64,000 nt of DNA from Vicugna vicugna (taxonomy: Eukaryota): the NCBI GenBank assembly GCA_013265495.1, contig MU058198.1, positions 2,244,419 to 2,308,418 of the forward strand, written 5' to 3'. Under the pieces are notes generated by a model that searched no databases, was not told the DNA's origin, and worked only from the letters and a program-made list of their open reading frames with translations. The position numbers were made by a program, and so were the translations under genes. Positions 62,181 through 64,000 of this stretch are shown here, one piece after another (the first letter of the stretch is position 1; each line of letters starts with the position of its first letter).

Positions 62181-62565
62181 AAATTTGATTTTTAAAGTGT
62201 CCATGAAGGCTTATCTGGGTTCCCAAACCTAAGAGCCCATTTCCAGTACGTTTTAAGTTCTGTGTCTCTTCTATTACCGAAACCTCCAACCATATCTTGT
62301 AATAAAGACTCTGATGTTCAGAAGAGCCTCCTAGAAAGGGAGCAGCTTGCCGTCAGCAGGGTTCATTCAGGGGACCACTCTCTGAGGCTCCAGCCAAGGC
62401 ACCGGCCTGCTGGGGTCGGGGCATAATCTGACCCCGGATGAGTTCAGAACCCGCTTCCCTCTCTTGCATCTGATTTGGAGAGCCCAGTGCACAGTTTACA
62501 CTTGTACCCCTCCCCTATACATGCTTCTGCTCGCCCACTCGCCTCCTGGCCACCCCTGAGTGCAG

Positions 62566-62646
62566 AAGGCAATGGTACAATTTGAATGGCATGACGGGAC
62601 GGTGAAGAACATTCACGTGGACCTGCCCTTCCTATATGAGTACCAG
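62566..62646 (+). CDS. VWA3A: VWA3A exon 15
   Basis: gtgcag acceptor, gtcagt donor; KAMVQFEWHDGTVKNIHVDLPFLYEYQ. Confidence 0.93.
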
Positions 62647-63073
62647 GTCAGTGGTGGGTCCTGTCTGTCAGAATATGGGGGTGCAGGGGGCAGTGAAGGA
62701 AGGCACCGTGGAATGTGGGAGCACCAAGCACTAGTCTGTTTACTCCCTCTTGTAAATAGAAACTGTGCTCCACCTATGGGCCTCTCTGGAGCTTTCGCCA
62801 CCTCCCCCCCAGGCAGGGACGAGGATGCCTCAAACAAAAGTCTCTAATCCTCTGGGTCGGGACCCACCTCTCCCCCATTTGAGGCAATGAAATACTTTGA
62901 CTGTTCTCTTCCTGGTCTTGCTGCAGATTCATCCATGCTTTAGTGCCTGGATACCTAAGGCCTTGACACAACATTCCCAAAAGCCTAGTGGGGTACGCCC
63001 CCCTCCCCCACAGACCCCTTAATCGGACATCCTCCGTGCAGTCACTCACTGTGGGTGGCCCCTGAGTTTGCAG

Positions 63074-63168
63074 AAACAGCTCAGCAGAGCTATGCAGATG
63101 TATGAGAGACGGATGGAGTGGCTCTCCTTGGCCAGCAGAAGAATCTGGGGCACCGTCTGCGAAAAAAG
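63074..63168 (+). CDS. VWA3A: VWA3A exon 16 (gene continues beyond the window)
   Basis: ttgcag acceptor, gtacct donor; KQLSRAMQMYERRMEWLSLASRRIWGTVCEK(R). Confidence 0.93.
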
Positions 63169-63354
63169 GTACCTTCCCCCAAGGAGTGTTCTTGTCCTTC
63201 CTGGGTCTCCTGTATGACACAGCAATTATCTGACTCATGGGTTCCCTGGTGGTAGCATCAGAAGCCATCGTTTAAAGATCAGCAATCACTTAGCAGAACC
63301 CCTGGAGGACAAAATCCCACCATCGTCCTCAACATCAACAGTAAAATCACTGTG

Positions 63355-63830
63355 TCACTCAGGACCCTTCCTGTTAAAAAAGTAACAGAAACTAAATGCA
63401 AATTGATCTGAACAAAACAGAGAAGTCCAGTTAAAGTAACTGAAAATTCTAGAGTAGATTTGATCACGGAATTCAGGCATGGCTTGATCCAGAAGTGCAT
63501 GCATGTCAGGAATCTCTCTCTATCCTTCAGCTCTGTTTTCCTCTCTGTTGACTTTGTTTTCAGGCAGGATTTCTCCTCCCCTTCAGGTGGCAAGATGGCC
63601 ACCTGAAGCTCCCAGTTTAACGCCCTCCCAGGGCTTGGAGCATGGCATCACCCACAAGCTATTCATCCTTGCCAGGAAAGAGTGATGTTCTGATTGCCTG
63701 GAATCAAATGTCCACTCTCAAAGCTTGGGTAGGGTCAGCTCCACCAACTCAAATGGACTGTTAGAGATAGAGGTGTTTGTCCCCCACAAAAATCAAGAGA
63801 CTGCTGTGAGAAGAGGTAATCGATGCTAAG
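63355..63830 (-). mobile_element. MLT1K/L-like MaLR LTR
   Basis: aaagtaacagaaac...ttcaggcatggcttgatccag...ggtggcaagatggcc. Confidence 0.6.
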
Positions 63831-64000
63831 TAGGGAGGAAAAAATAGGTATCCACTGTAGTCATTATTATCACTCCATACCTTATTTGATGCATTACCAC
63901 TCACTAAATATTATACTTTGTAATACTATTCATCTATTGTATCATTTAATTCTCAAAGCAACCCCATGAGGAGTCTTATTATAGTTTATAGTTAAATATG

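Noticed and set aside
61727..62182. 151-aa and 93-aa Phe/Ser/His/Pro-rich minus-strand ORFs
   Set aside because: Products of the purine-rich low-complexity tract.
1..64000. CRISPR arrays, operons, rRNA, snoRNA or miRNA genes, intact mobile elements
   Set aside because: None visible; this is intron-rich mammalian DNA and every transposon-derived ORF is broken.

Overview
Mammalian genomic DNA, most likely a camelid: four copies of a tRNA-Ala-derived SINE resembling Vic-1 are present. The window holds the 3' part of MOSMO (C16orf52, modulator of Smoothened) on the + strand: the rest of a long intron 1, coding exons 2-3 (21130-21342, 25913-26097) and a 3'UTR of about 3.7 kb. About 10 kb later comes the 5' half of VWA3A (+): an X-box promoter near 39.6 kb, a putative first exon ending at 39786, and 15 further exons (43158-63168). 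These splice into one open frame of about 497 codons that runs off the window. The gene order matches human 16p12.2 as I recall it. The rest is interspersed repeats (L1, L2, MIR, Tigger, MER20, MER81, MLT and ERV LTRs) and microsatellites. I see no prokaryote-type or wholly new system. The best leads are: (1) an apparently unannotated, in-frame alternative MOSMO 3' exon pair at 32.35-32.56 kb; (2) double disablement of the VWA3A N-terminal leader, leaving a uORF whose stop overlaps the surviving ATG (TAATG); (3) a locally templated insertion with a 12-bp target duplication; (4) a composite insert splitting an MLT1A LTR; (5) a candidate recursive splice site and poison exon in MOSMO intron 1; (6) miR-17~92 seed sites in the MOSMO 3'UTR. 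Repeat family names and human protein comparisons are from memory, not database searches.
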